Positions 27,109-41,100 of a stretch of 64,000 nucleotides of DNA are shown one piece after another. The translations under genes and the position numbers were made by a program. Numbering within the stretch: the first letter of the stretch is position 1; every line of letters begins with the position of its first letter. The notes under the pieces are model-generated. The model worked only from the letters and a program-made list of their open reading frames with translations, was not told where the DNA came from and did no database searches. Source of the DNA: Catajapyx aquilonaris (taxonomy: Eukaryota); contig KZ538058.1 in assembly GCA_000934665.2 (NCBI GenBank), forward strand, positions 62,001 to 126,000, read 5' to 3'.

Positions 27109-29545
27109 TAATGAGGGGCACCAGCATTGAGCGAGACCGTCGCAGGATCATGAAACCCACATGACATTAATGAATTAGCAGGTCATGTTGACTCGGCACT
27201 GTGCATTGTGTAACTGGGGGAACCCAGCAGCAATAAATATGGGTTCCTGCATTACAATTGCAGATTAGAATAGAGCTTTGCAATGAAAAGAACTATTTAA
27301 AAATTTGGCGGCCATTTTGGAGTGAGCTCATGGGGGATTCTAAAATGGCAGCCAAGTACTTGGGGAAGTAGCTGGATGCATCATGTTACAACTTGCATGA
27401 CATATTTACCTCTAGTGGGAATTATTATGATCATATTCTCCGCGAGGTTTTCCGTCTACGTGGTGACCAAAAAGTTTGGACACGTAATTGTATTGTTGGT
27501 TGCCAGTTGTCAACCAACAATGCAATTGTGTCCAGACTTTCGTGTCACCCTGTTTATCTATAAAAGGCAAAGTTCGTTCGTTTTGCCCCCTTTACACCCG
27601 TTATGGCAACAAGTTACTTGTATCAACAATGATTGATTTTTACTACATTGTCATCGAAACAGTGTTCCATTGTTGCCATAGTAACTTCAGCACAATCCCG
27701 TATTTCAACAATGTCAATTGTGCCATGGAAACGGACCGTGCAAGGAACAGGGTTGCCTACTAGTCCTGGTAATTACATAAGAGCAGCAATGCTTGATCGC
27801 ATGTTTCCAAAAATATTCAGCAATTTGTTCACTGGCTACTCCATTTTGGGTGTGGATAAGATATTGACCAAAACAGCTGACATGCTGATGTCAAGGGAAC
27901 TAGAGCCATCAGACACAGCCAGCAATGAGGCCATTGGGAGGGGGGAAAAAATCAATTGACTTCAAATAAACTCCAGTGTTCCAGGTTGGTGAAGGGTCAT
28001 TGACCTTCACACTTTGGAGTTCCATAGGAGACCTCCGCAACAGAGGTGTGCTCTCCCACTTATTGTTAATGATTTGCAAGCATGGGGTGGCAGTGGACAA
28101 GGATGTGTCATTCTTGTCGCGTTTCTGAGCTTGCCATTTGATCCACATTCCGTCTGGTATTATGAGATAGTGTTTCGCCATACTTGCAAAACCCACCAAA
28201 CTTGCTACGGCACATGCTGAAATCATTAGTCAATGACCTTCACTTCTCTTCCTGAGTCCATGAGTAGCAAGATGGAGAGCATGGTTCAATTCTCAGTCCA
28301 CTAGGAATGTTACTGTGCATGTTATTGTGGTGCACACTCAGGATTAAAATTAATAACAATTCAGTTGTGTGAGTCGGTTACTTTGTGACATTTGCAACAA
28401 TAGAACATGCCATCTAAGTACTAGCAAGGTTAAAGAGTACTCGAAGAGTGTGATTCAAAGATTGCCTGATTTACACTTCCATAAGAAAAGTTCTCTATAG
28501 TTTGAGTAAAATTATATCAATGGTTGGTGGAAATGTAAAGAAATTGGAAGTAAACAAGTTGAATGTCTGTATCCTGCAGGTCTTCATAACTTGACCTGCC
28601 GATACGAAGTCCCTGTGGGACCTGTGCTTTATTTCTCGGATGCGTGGGAAAAAGAGCATAAGTCACAAAAGTAGTTATTTTCAGGAGAACATTTTCTGAA
28701 ACACTGGACTTCGCACAATTTATGTAGGTCGGCATGCTGTCCAGAACTGGTGTTTCTGCTGTGCAAGTGTGGTCATGTATCATCACATAACAATTAACAA
28801 TACATGGAACAGTCTAATGCAGATAAGGATTGGAAAACATGACTCCATTTTGAAATTCGATAATATTATGACACATACCCTTTTGCATATAGGCAGTATC
28901 TGTAGAAAACATGCATGGCATTGGCACAAGTACATTTTGGTGCCAAAATGTTTACTTATGCTCTTTTTCCCGCACATCCAAGATTTGCTCTCCGTAAGTG
29001 TATACCAGATTGGGGTATGTAGGCTTTACCACTGCTCTGCTGAATTATTCAAGGCACATCAAAATTTGTGTATTGAATAATGTGTGGAAAATCCTAATTG
29101 TGTTTTGGCATCAACGATGACTATGAAATACTACTCTGATCGAAAACTGTGTCACTGGAGGTCAGTCATGGAGATCCTTTTTCCCAGAAATAAGTGATAT
29201 AGCAATCCTAACCCTGGCTTGGTTCTGTTATCATTAAACAGGGTTAAAAATATGCTAATGTCATTGAAAATGCATTACAATAGTGTACAAACTACTCTTA
29301 AGTTGGGGAGCACTGCACTCAGCAAACCATCTGGCCAGATTGCAGTTGTCGTTAATTATTGAGAAAATCTAACCACCAATTATTATTAATAATTAGCACA
29401 CAGCTTGCCCTAACGAGAATCTTCCGCCAGTCATTAATTTTTCCTGGTTCCTTGGCGATTCGAGTTGTGGATGTTTCAATGCAATGTGTGTCTCTTCAAG
29501 ATCTTTGTGAAATTCCATTGCTAACATATCCATTTGTCATTTTAG

Positions 29546-30121
29546 GAACAAAAGCCTGAGGGAGGAGATGCCGGATCCGAGTACATAAAGCTCAAGGTGG
29601 TCGGTCAGGTGAGCAATTATTCTTGCACAAAATTAATTGTAGTTTTTAGGCCACTGTACCAGTTGAATAATACGTTAAAATGATGCGTGCAGGATTCCAA
29701 CGAGATCCATTTCCGAGTGAAGATGACCACTCAGATGGGCAAACTCAAGAAGTCATACAGCGAGCGAGTGGTGAGGTTTCAAAAATTAATGTGCTTTGGT
29801 GTGTGCCCTAGTTGCAGTTGATGAAAGCCTGTCACTTTGTCTTTTAGGGTGTCCCAGTGTCGTCCCTCAGGTTCCTGTTTGATGGTAGGCGGATAAACGA
29901 TGATGAGACCCCAAAACAGGTGAGACAATCGCTTCATTAATAAGCATGTAAGGGGGGTAATTGGAACGGGGGTTCATATTGATAAGGCTTGACATTATTG
30001 TGGTGGCCTGTGAACCGTCTTTTAAGACCTAACCATTGCCGTTATATTTTTTTAGCTGGAGATGGAGAACGATGATGTCATCGAGGTTTATCAGGAGCAG
30101 ACTGGAGGAGCCTGTGTTTAA
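29546..30121 (+). CDS. SUMO1: Small ubiquitin-related modifier, SUMO1-type (5'-partial; short first exon not found)
   Basis: Exons 29546-29608, 29693-29770, 29848-29919, 30056-30121 translate to [111 protein letters not shown] and [10 protein letters not shown] are SUMO1-type signatures. AATAAA at 30637. Confidence 0.93.
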
Positions 30122-32128
30122 AATTGTGACATGTGATCCATCCCAACTTTGGACACTATGAAGAAGATACATCGCCATCTATACATCCCCCATACTCCTC
30201 CCCTGCTCCCCCCTTTTTTTTTTGTTCTTCGTGGTCCCCCACAGTTCATATTGTTTGCATTCCCTGCCTTATTTAAGTTCGTTGAGCAGTGTTGGATTTT
30301 TAAAATGTTCTCTACAGCTCTTTCGCTTTGCCTGTGGTCATGAAGTAAGGTTTCAATTCTCGAAGATACAGGCAAGTGGCAAGTGTAATTTTAATCCAGT
30401 CATGTAATTTTTTTTTTTGTTCTGGTGTCCCTCGCCCTCCCTCCCTCCCTACCACCACAAAGACAATGATCACGCCAATCCCACCAGACACAGTTGGATA
30501 AATAGGCACAGAATGAGCGTAAGCTCTTTCCCCAAGTGTTTTTTTTCTCGGCCTGGCAGGATATGTAACAAGCAAATATGAGTTAGTTCTTGTTCACAAT
30601 AATTACTTTCCATGTCTTTGCGTTTAATAGTTTAGTAATAAAGTCTTCAAAATTCAAAGGTTGGTATTCTGTGTTTGTGAGTGGAGACACATCTTGTAAG
30701 TTCTGCATTTTTATTTCCTTCCCATTCTAGGATTTACAGGCTTGACTACAATAATTATGTACAGCATAATAAAGACTCTACATATAACTTTTTTTTATTT
30801 TCTCATCCTTTTCATAAGGGTTAAAGAATACTGATTTTTTTTTTCTTTATTATTTTTACATGATGACAAGATGTGGTTAACAACCCAGTTTGTCCATTAT
30901 TTTTAACATTTAAAAAAGAAAAAGAAACCCAAGCATTTCTTCTTCAGTCAGAAACGCAGCAAGAACAAAACACGAAACAAACACCCTTAAATATTTCATT
31001 ATTTTCATGGCCCACGCGAAGTTTTAAGTCTACCAAGCCATTTTTGTTCGTTCAATAAGCAGTTCGCATAAAAACCAACAACATAGGTACAACTGAACCA
31101 TAAAATCTCTGGGGACTTCATATGACAACAATAAATATAACTATAATAAAAAATAACAGGGTGATGCATAGGAGCAGGGTGAAAACAACAAACAAACAAA
31201 AAAAAAACTGTCACAAGAAGGTACGACCTCGGTAAGACCTGTAAAGGGGGGGGGGGATTCTGTGAGACTCAAAATAGGCCTGTAGTTGATAATAAATGTG
31301 GCACTGACTTTGTTAAAAACAAAATAAAGTTAACTAACATGGTTAGCAAGGAACATTATTGGCTTATTATTTTTTTCCCCTTCTAAAGAAACGGATATAA
31401 TTGAGCAACAAGGGTAATGTAATAGTGCGTCCAGAAAAAGCAAGGCATCGCTTGACTTTTGCCTTATTGCTTTTTTGTCATTTTTTCTTATTTTTTGCTA
31501 TAAGTTAAATTTAGTTGCATCACGATTAGCGATGGACAGGCTTGGCAAGTCACCTTTGAGATTTTATTCACTGCATAGAACCAACAAGAGTCACACCCAA
31601 GAAGTAACATAAGGTTGCCAAGCCTGCGTTGCATGGGGAGGGGAGGGGGGGAACAAAACTCACTTCAAACAGTCACAAGCCTTTTTCCCAGTGTCATTAT
31701 TATTCTCGGAAGCTGCTCCAGCTCAAATCTAAACAGTCCATGATAAGAGTTGGAGGGTTGTGTAGTCGAAAAAAATAATCCCATTCCACATGAACGAAAA
31801 AAAATAACCTGAGAAATTTCAATCGAATATTTTGGGAGAGGATGAGGACGAAATGCGGGTTGGAGGGTAAAGGTTCGAAACAAATAATAACAGCTATACA
31901 ATAGTGAAAGGAAACCAAAAGGGGAAAGAGAAGATTATATTATTATTTACCACAATGATTTTACCATTTCACAATTAAATCAGCACAATAAAAGTAAATC
32001 CTTATAAAAAAATACCTCGCCTATCACAGTTAAGGGTGTCGTTTACGATTCTCTTCCCTCCCCTCCACCCGACCCCCAGACGAATTAAAAATATAAGAGA
32101 GAGAGACCTATTCTCCTTCCCCCAAGAG

Positions 32129-35100
32129 TCAGAGAGCGTCCCGATGCCAGATCCACTTCTTGTTGGTGTGGTCAAAACGGTGGCCTAACCACTGCTGCTC
32201 CAACAGGTGGTACCGTTCTCTGCTCAAATAGAGCGGTTTACCTCTCCTGCAAAGGGAAGAAACAATCAGCATACATTTAACCGTTCATCATTAATTCGCG
32301 AGAAATGCAGGTGGCTCGATTCCATTGTTTTCGTCCGATATCAACGGTTCTGACAAGTGCTATCAAGCACCTAGTGGCAAATTGAGGATGCCACGGAAGC
32401 ATGCAAAAATTGGGCAAAAAGGCTCACTTGAGTTCTCTATCTTCCTCTCCAAAGCTGTCTAGATATACGGAGCCCCACAGGCAAGCCCGTTTGCCACGGA
32501 TCACTATGATGGTGGACGAGTTCACCGCCAGAAACATGGCTGTTCCTGCCCCGCAGTCAATAGAGTGCTGAAAAAAATAGATAGCGATAAATCTCAGCTT
32601 GTGTGTGTGAATCTCTGTACATAATCAGATATTTTCCCTTAAGGCCACTTCACAAAAAAATGTCGCGCGGCAAACGGCGCGCGTTGCGGCAAATTTATTA
32701 TTTATATTTATTATTGCCAACAATTGGCAACAATAAATATAAATAAAAAATTTGCCGCGCGACATTTTTTTTGTGAAATGGCCTTTATGCTTTCATACAC
32801 CTCCTTGACATGTAATGGGATGGATTCCAAGCGAATCATGCATCTGAGAAGATCGGCTTTACCTGCACTGCCTCATAGACATTCTGCTGTTTGCAACAAT
32901 TGTCTCTTAAGCAGACCATAGTCCCACAGAGCAGGCAGACACTAGGCTCCTTTGGGACGGAGTTGCACTGCGGACACTGCTTCCGATGGTAGTACTGAAA
33001 GACGCGGTTGTACGACTCTGGCAGCTCCAGGAGACGGGGCTGCTGCCACTTGACATGCTGGTCTATCAGTTTTCGAGCTGCGATCTGGCTGCGATTCACA
33101 AACACTGCGTACTCCTCGCACCAGGTGTGCACAATGGTTGCAGCATCGTGGGGTTCAATCCAGTTCGCTGCAAGTGCTGCATTGAATTCGGTTGCTTCAC
33201 CTGTGGGAGCCACCAACCCTAACGAGTATATGAGCGCCACAAACTCGTTCTGGTCGGTGGTGTCCTCATCAGGGAGCGGATCTGAATAAAGGTGGTTCTG
33301 GAGAAGTGCTGCCATCCGCAAGAACGGAAGGCACAGCTGCTGGATCTCCGTTTCAAGCTCGTCCTGACTCCAGTCATGAACAGAGGCATAATCAGCATCG
33401 CCATAGTCACCATCCTCAAGGTACAGCTGGCAGCTCTCGAGTGATTCAATGACAATAGAGAGTGTCGCTGGGAGAGTCCGTAACGAATTCTCCCCACGTC
33501 CCTTCTTCTTCCAGCTAGTCCGACCCTCCTCGGTCATCTTGCAAGTGGTCTGTGCCACTGCTTGAAAGTAGACCACGTTGTAGAAGGCTTTTACCAAGCA
33601 GGCGAAATAGGCAGGGTCAATGTACAACGGGAGGATCAAGACCAACTGGATGAGCAGGGCATTCATGTCTCGCAGCAGCAAGGGAACCTCCTTCTCGTAT
33701 GTCATGATGATGGACGATGCCATTGGATCTTGCCCACATCCAACTATGTGCGACCACAGCTGGGCGTATGAACGAGCTGTCAGGATCTTGGAGTGTGTTG
33801 CCAGCACATGGATGAGGGGTACTGCAAAACAAAACAAATGTACAGTATTACGTATTGCAACATGCTACTGCAAAATAATACCTTACCTATGCATGACCTC
33901 TTCGAGGTTGATGAGGAAGATGATGATGAAGAGGCGGAGGATGCAGTGGCCTGTTGACTTCCCCTGTCGCAGCAGGACGCCAGTCCCCCTCCTCTTTGCA
34001 CCAGCTCCATCTCCAGGTTGGTCCTGGCTATAGAGCTGACAAACAGGAACAGGGACTCGGCACTCGGGGAGGTGATGATCTGCCTGTACTTGGGGTAAGT
34101 GATGCCCGTCATCTCCTCCATGGACCTGCCCATGGCTTCTAGCAGAGGGTTGTTCTTCTGAAAGGCATGGTGGGTCTGGCATTGACACACACAGCTTGTA
34201 ATCAGAATCATGAGAATACTCTCTCTTTTTAAAATCTCCATAAACTATTCATTTTGTACGTTACCAGTTATGTGTTACAATAAGGCAATGGAATCCTACA
34301 TATACACTGAAAGTTGAACAATTTGCATACCAGTGAGGGTGGCTCCCCTTTGAGCAGCTCGCCCAGCTCCTGGGCAATGGAAGCCATCCCTCCAGACCTC
34401 TCTCTGACAATGGCAGCAACGTGTCCCATGTCAGGTGAGACGGGAAGGACAGAGTTGGCCAGTTGACGACAGACTGGGCAGGAGTACTCCCCTCTGTCCA
34501 CAGCCAGATTCTGCTGTCTCTGCTGGGACTGCGGCCCCCGAAGAGATTGCAGATATGACTTGAGGCAGTCAAGGTGGAGGTGATGGCCACATGTCTGCAC
34601 ATGGACGCCGCCTTCCCAACCAATGTTAACTGACAGCAACCAAGAAAACTGTAAGAAACAAAAATGGCATTGGATTTATCCATAATTGCAAACACTCGTT
34701 ACAGACAAAAAAATTACACTCACATTGTCGAAGTGCTGCGTGAGTTCCTGAACTCTCCTGTCGAACTCAGATGCAAGGCTGTCTTGCGGCCGGAGTCTGT
34801 TCCTCTCCTCGTCGTTGGTAGGTAGGACTAGATGAGCAGTGGACTTATGCTTGTGACTAAGGACACTAGTGGCCTGCAGCAGCACTACGAGGCCCATGGG
34901 CTTCTCCTCTGTTGATGGGGTGGTCTGGTTGCATATTGCGCAAAAATACTCCTCCTTCTTCAGCAGGCAAGACTCAGCAGAAGGCAGCGGAGAAGAAACA
35001 GGCGACTTCTGACTCTCTTCTCCAACTCCCTCGCTTGCCTCTGCTTCCATGGCTTGCTCCATCCAGCGTTTTTGTCTGGCAGCAAACTCTGCCATGACCT

Positions 35101-38100
35101 TCTGCTGTCTTTCCTGAGCTTTTCTCCTCCTCTCCTCCCTCTCCTTCGCCTCTCTTGCTTTCTTCTCTTCCTCCCGCTCTTCTAGCCGTTTTGGCCACAG
35201 CCTCTCACGTGTCTCCAACACACACCTCTGGCAGCTTGAGTCCAGTCGAGATATGCGATCCAGTACCTGTCATGGGTTACACACATTTAGGATTTTCCCA
35301 TGGCACACTAGTATTCCATTCCAACAAGGGCAATTGCAGGTGCTGGTACTTACCCTGGCGATAAAGAAGGGGCCATCCCCAACTCGGCCAACATCCTCCT
35401 CATCCCTACTTGAAGCACCTTCTCTCTCAGTCACAGGGATGTAGCTGTCTTGCATTCCAGTAAGCTTGGAGTGAAGTTTCAGCAACAGGGATATGATACT
35501 CTCCTGCACTTCGACTTCAACCGGTGCCTTCGTTTGCCCACGAGATGTCTGCGAAAGACACAGGCCATGCTGTTAAAATAATTGGCATTGCATGTGCACA
35601 AAAAATGTTAGTACCTGGACACTCGCATCATGGTGCCTATCAAGTGGCATGTCTTGTTTCCTCTTCTTGAAGGTCCCTCTGGACCGTCTCCTCTGCACTG
35701 CCAGCTCGTTGCCAGCCGTCAGTGCGGGAGGAGATGCTGTAGCCGCCATGTCCCCACCCATTCCCCCCACTGCCACCCCATCGCTGCCACCCAGCGCTGC
35801 CACTGCCGCCACCTGCCCGTTGCTGCTCCCACCAGCGCCTAGTAGTAGGGGGGCAGTGATGGCAACTGGACCCATGTGATGTGGGACCAGTGCACCAGTG
35901 TTGTCCACAGGTGGGTGGTGGGGAGGAGGAGGAAGCGGAATAGCGTGTGGAGGTGAGGGAAGTGGGATAGCTGGAGGTGGGGGTGGCAGCGGGAGGAGGG
36001 GCAGCGGTGCAGCCAGTATAGGAAGCATGCCATTCATGTTGTTCCCTGCTAGGATGGCCAGGTTTGGGTTGTGGTCGGGGGGAAATTGTGGTGGTGAAGG
36101 TTGAGGGTCGACCAACGACAATGTCTGAGCTGGAAGAGAACTTGGGGGGAATCTTCTGCCCTTCCACCGAACACCACCCTTTCATAGGATCTTCTAAAGA
36201 GAATCGCTACCAATGCAACTCGCCTCTCTTACTGGATGTCTTTTTCAATATTTAACACACTGTGACACTACAATGTTTGGTGCCACACAAAATTTGAAAC
36301 TTAAAAATCACTCAAGTAGAAAAAGAAAAGATAGAAACAAAAGTCCGCTGTTGATAACCCAATCGCAAAAATATATAAAGAAAAAAAAGACAATGAGGTT
36401 TTGCTGATATAACCTTTTCATAAGACCACTTAATTTCGTCTGTGTTTTATCTACTTACGGAAACATGAATTGATTATGAAAAGGGCAAACTGGCTATCTT
36501 ATTGTGGCATCAGAGCTGACTCACGTCAGGAGGAAGCGTTTTATTATGCCACTTGCATAACTTGAATTTCCAATCATCCAGTATGAGATCATGAAATTTG
36601 TCCTGTGGATTTCACTGAGGCGGAATTTACTGTCTGTTAATTGTGTAAGCCAATAAGTGACAGTAAAAGTCAAAAGCACTGAAAGAACTAATTTTTTTTC
36701 TTCAAATAAAGCTGAATGTTCTTTCAATGTGAAAAAGATATAATAATTTTATCAATTACACATACATCTAAATTTCATGAAACCCATGTCACACACTTTT
36801 CAGCAACAAGACCTGTACACTGACCTGTTGGATTTGGTGACACAGGCACAAGCATCCCACCCTGGTGACTCCCAGCAGGAGGCAACGCCAGAGGCTGCGG
36901 ATACCCCGTAAGGGCCGGATGCTGCAGCCCTCCTTCCAGCATCATCCCAGAGCCACCGTCAGCTCCACTTGACTCCGACACTTCCGCTACCTCTCCCTCT
37001 GCAGTTTCCACATCCATCTCTTCTGCAAGATTGTGAAGTGTAACTAGTTATTACCATGTAACTGCAAATATCACTGTTTATAAGGACCATGGTTGTAACT
37101 TGTCTAGCTTAAGAAAATTTAGAGATGACAGCAATGACCACAGGATTTCATATTTTGTCCAATTCAGTATGTAGATTTCTCTGTGGTAAGTTTTTCTGTG
37201 CTGGTGATAATGCAACATAACCTTGAGTAGTTAGGGAAAAAACTTTTTCTAAAAAAGAAGAGGAGAGATTAGTCATACCATCCGAGGTCTCAGGAGTGAG
37301 CAAAGGCCTGACCCTGATCTTGTCAATGGTGGTTCTAAGGTTTGCCGAGAGCCAGTCGTTCTCAAACCAGTCGTTAAACTGCAGGTCATGCCTCTCTGTG
37401 GACGCAGCTGCGCCTGAGGCCTCGCACACCTTCTCCATGGCTCCCCCTCGCTCCCTTGCATGTGTGTGTGCAATGCACATGTCCAACAGGTAGATGGCCA
37501 AGGACATGACATGCTCTGATACACACATGGTGTGTACTGCTTTGTACAGGATGACCAGCGTAACTGCATGGAAGAACCGGGAGCACAGCAGCTTCTGTGG
37601 ATCTTCATAGGCTGGATTGCAGGGGGACGGAGGGCAGAATGGGGGCCAGGGTGCATCCGTGCCTTTAAAACTGTTATTCTGCCTCATGCTGAAAGGGTGA
37701 GAAGGAAAGAAAATGGTTAGAGCCTCCTCAAAAATAAATTTTCTTTACCAAAAACCAAAATGATCAGCATTATTTTTTTGAAATTACAGTGAAAAAAAAA
37801 CAAAACAGCACAGCTGCAAGACTTGCGCAGATCGAGTTCATAGGAAAAGTTGCAACAACGTTCTTCTCAAATTCTAGTATTTCCCACTACATCCCAACAC
37901 TCAACATTAACTACTGTGTACCCAGTACGAGTAAATTTTCCTTCCAATTTTTTAAAAAATTGACCACTTACTACTGGGTGTATCTGTCCATGGAGGTCTG
38001 GAAGTCCCTTCTGTGCACAGCCCTCAGCAACACGTATATGGGATCGTACAGCTTCTCCCACACTTGCGGCTTGGGCACATACATTCCCTGCAGCATATTT

Positions 38101-41100
38101 CCACCAGCCTCGAAGTTGGGTGCCCTGTAGTCCGCCACCTCTGCCAAAACTGCCTCAAAGTCCCTCCCTTGTGAGCTGGTGCCGCACTTCTCTGGCATAA
38201 GTTCCATCAGCTGACTGTGGGTCTTGTCTCCCATGCACAGAAGTGTCACCATCTCCAATCTTGCTAAGTCAGATTCAGAAAGCCCTGGAAGAAAATGTAG
38301 TTTTTTTTTAAATTTAGGAAAACAACTGATTGCATTTAACATCCAGTCTTTACACTCCAATTCATTTGGAAGAAAACAAGTGCACATTCCTCGTGTCACA
38401 CTGTATATAAAAAAATTAGTCATACCAATATTGGTTCGGATACTGATGAGTGTAGCTAGGAATGTCAGGCAGCTCTCCAGCATGGGCATCTCATGCTCAG
38501 CATCCAGGAAGGTGTTGGTGGCATAAGGGGCCAGACTCATCCATTCCATCACATGAAACCTGTCACAATTTGCATTATTAATGGACTCAGCTTATTCTGA
38601 CTTGAGGTAGCGCGTGAGACGTACCTGTCTAATACCGATGTTAAAAACACCTTTGAAGGCAGCTGGGTGGCACACACTTGCAATAAGTAGATGTCAGCAT
38701 CCACCATGGAATTGCAAAAGTGGCACTGGATATACGTCATAGCCTGTCCCTTTATTTGGAGTCCGTTGCGCACCCACATGCCACACAAGATCTCATAAAA
38801 TGCCGCCTGGAATGAAATGTAACAATAAATTACCACTAGTCAATAGCTATACTATACTATACTAGAAAACTGTCAAAGTTCAAGGGCAGTTCTTTTACTT
38901 AAAACATTAAATATTCCAGACATGCCATACTTCTTACAAAGAATGAACTTCACATAACTTGGATAAAACTGCGCAATACGAAGTGATAATGCATTAACTG
39001 ATTGGCAAACCACAGTACGAATATAGCTCTCGTTACAATAGTTACAATAAGGACGTTAGTAATTTGCATTCCCAAGCTCCTATCACATGATAAGGTTATC
39101 TCAAGTGACACATGGCTTATTTTATTCTGACTAGAGAATAACTTGCCTCCAGATCCCTTGGAAATATCATTTAAATTCAGTTGAATTGTAACAATTTAGA
39201 CTTCCAAGTCTGTCCGATTTCTCTTTGAGACACATTTCTACTTCAAATATTCATGTAAAAATTGCCAATAAGGCTGTAACAGCCAAAAAAGTCTATTTTG
39301 CTGGGAAAAGGTGTAGCTCAAAAGTTCTGATAAACTCTAAAAGCCCTAAAGATTTTTTGTTTTTTGTTTTAAATTCTTCCTTTAATGCCAAGAAGCACAG
39401 TAGGGTAAATTCTGCACTTAAACAGGCTCTGATTAATTTTCAGGGGTGCACGCTTAATGTTTCGCAGGGTTTGAGTACATCTTGCACTTGGAATCGAACA
39501 GCCACAATAAATACTGCGTGTGAAAAAGATTGCGTGGTGTGATATTGATTTGTGAATGACAAGAGTTCAGGGTCACATGCAAGAAAAATATTATATTCCA
39601 TCGATCTGCAGTTCCCATTCAACCCAGCTCTATAAATCGACTCATCATCTGAACACCAAAACGTCTGACACAAGTGTCGATTTTTGACTCGCACCATAAT
39701 TATCATCATAGCAATAGGCTATCAAAATAGGAAAGATTGCGGAGAAATAAACATATGTCAAATTATAAGCTAAGCTTTCAGATGGCGAAAAAATTGTACC
39801 CTGAATTTTCTTGGCATGTAAGCTGCATGACTCCTGCTAGACAGATATCCATCAAGTTGAAAGGAGACTCAATCAAATAATATTACATGATGGGAGTTTG
39901 GACACTTGCCACAGTGTCAAGCAACATGAACCTGATGGCCTCACTTCCCAGTCAGTAGTCACAGGGTGCTACTGCACTGAACAATGAAAAAATGTGTTTG
40001 GCGTTTTTTCTTGCAGGATGCCTCTGGTACCCAGAATATTACCATGTTTATTTGTTTCGACCACAATGACTGGTATTTATATGGGCAGCTGCCTGGCCAT
40101 CAACAAAACCGCATTCAAAAATGCACGCTTCAGACTTGCTAATGCAATGACATCATAGCTGCCTCTGAGATAAGGGAAGAGTGTCTCATGACCCCAACCT
40201 CTCCTATACATAGGTCATGAACAGCGGAAATGTATAAATATCAACTGAATAAGCATTACTAGCGGTGAATCATCCCAATATTGAAAAATAGAGCATAACT
40301 CATTCACATGCAGCACTAGTAAGGCTGATGTGACAAGGTTGTCTTGCGTGTCATTCCATTGAGAAGGACATGCTGTATCACCATGTTTTGTGCACTTTGG
40401 TGTCCAGCCTTCATAAAAAACGCGCATTAAACATGAACCCATTGTGACAACTCCCGGAGAAACAGACGCCCAGGTGGTCTTAAAATAATATCACAATGTT
40501 GGCGCAAAAAGGTCCTTCAAAACCATGGCCATCTGAAGACTTGGACTTGGAGGCCTTCGCACCACAGCTTCCTCATTATGCTCCCTGCTTCCAAATCCTC
40601 ATTTTGGCCATTTTAAGCTGCCAGCTAGGTACAAGGTCACCTACATCTTGCATAATTACCGGGCCATCGACGGCTAAAAGAACAGCCACAGATCGCATGA
40701 CAGCCATTGCATGAACCTTTAAAAAAATACATATATGCGATCGCGTTACGTGCTTTTTATACAATTTTTTTTCCCACTGCGAATACCTCCGGATATCCCG
40801 CCAACATTCCACCAAGGGAGTTGAATAGCACATGCAAATAATGGCTGAATTCATGACGAAGACAGGAGATGTTTTTCCACCCCTCCATCAACCTCCGCGC
40901 CATGGACAAGTAGCACATGCGCACACCCAATCTCTACAGGCCAGCAAACCGCTCAAGAAAAAGGCAGGGGGCCCTCCTTGAGCTTTTCAGTCTGCCTTGC
41001 GGAACCCCCCTAGGTTCACAGGAGAAACTAGGCCAGTACTTCCCTATACAAAAGGTGCCTATCCCAACCAACCCCCCATCATTTTTGGTCAGCGTCACAG

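Noticed and set aside
35640..36185. Overlapping 181-aa alternative-frame ORF in the UBR3 proline-rich exon
   Set aside because: It stops before the donor at 35615 and would truncate UBR3; expected by chance in GC-rich low-complexity sequence.
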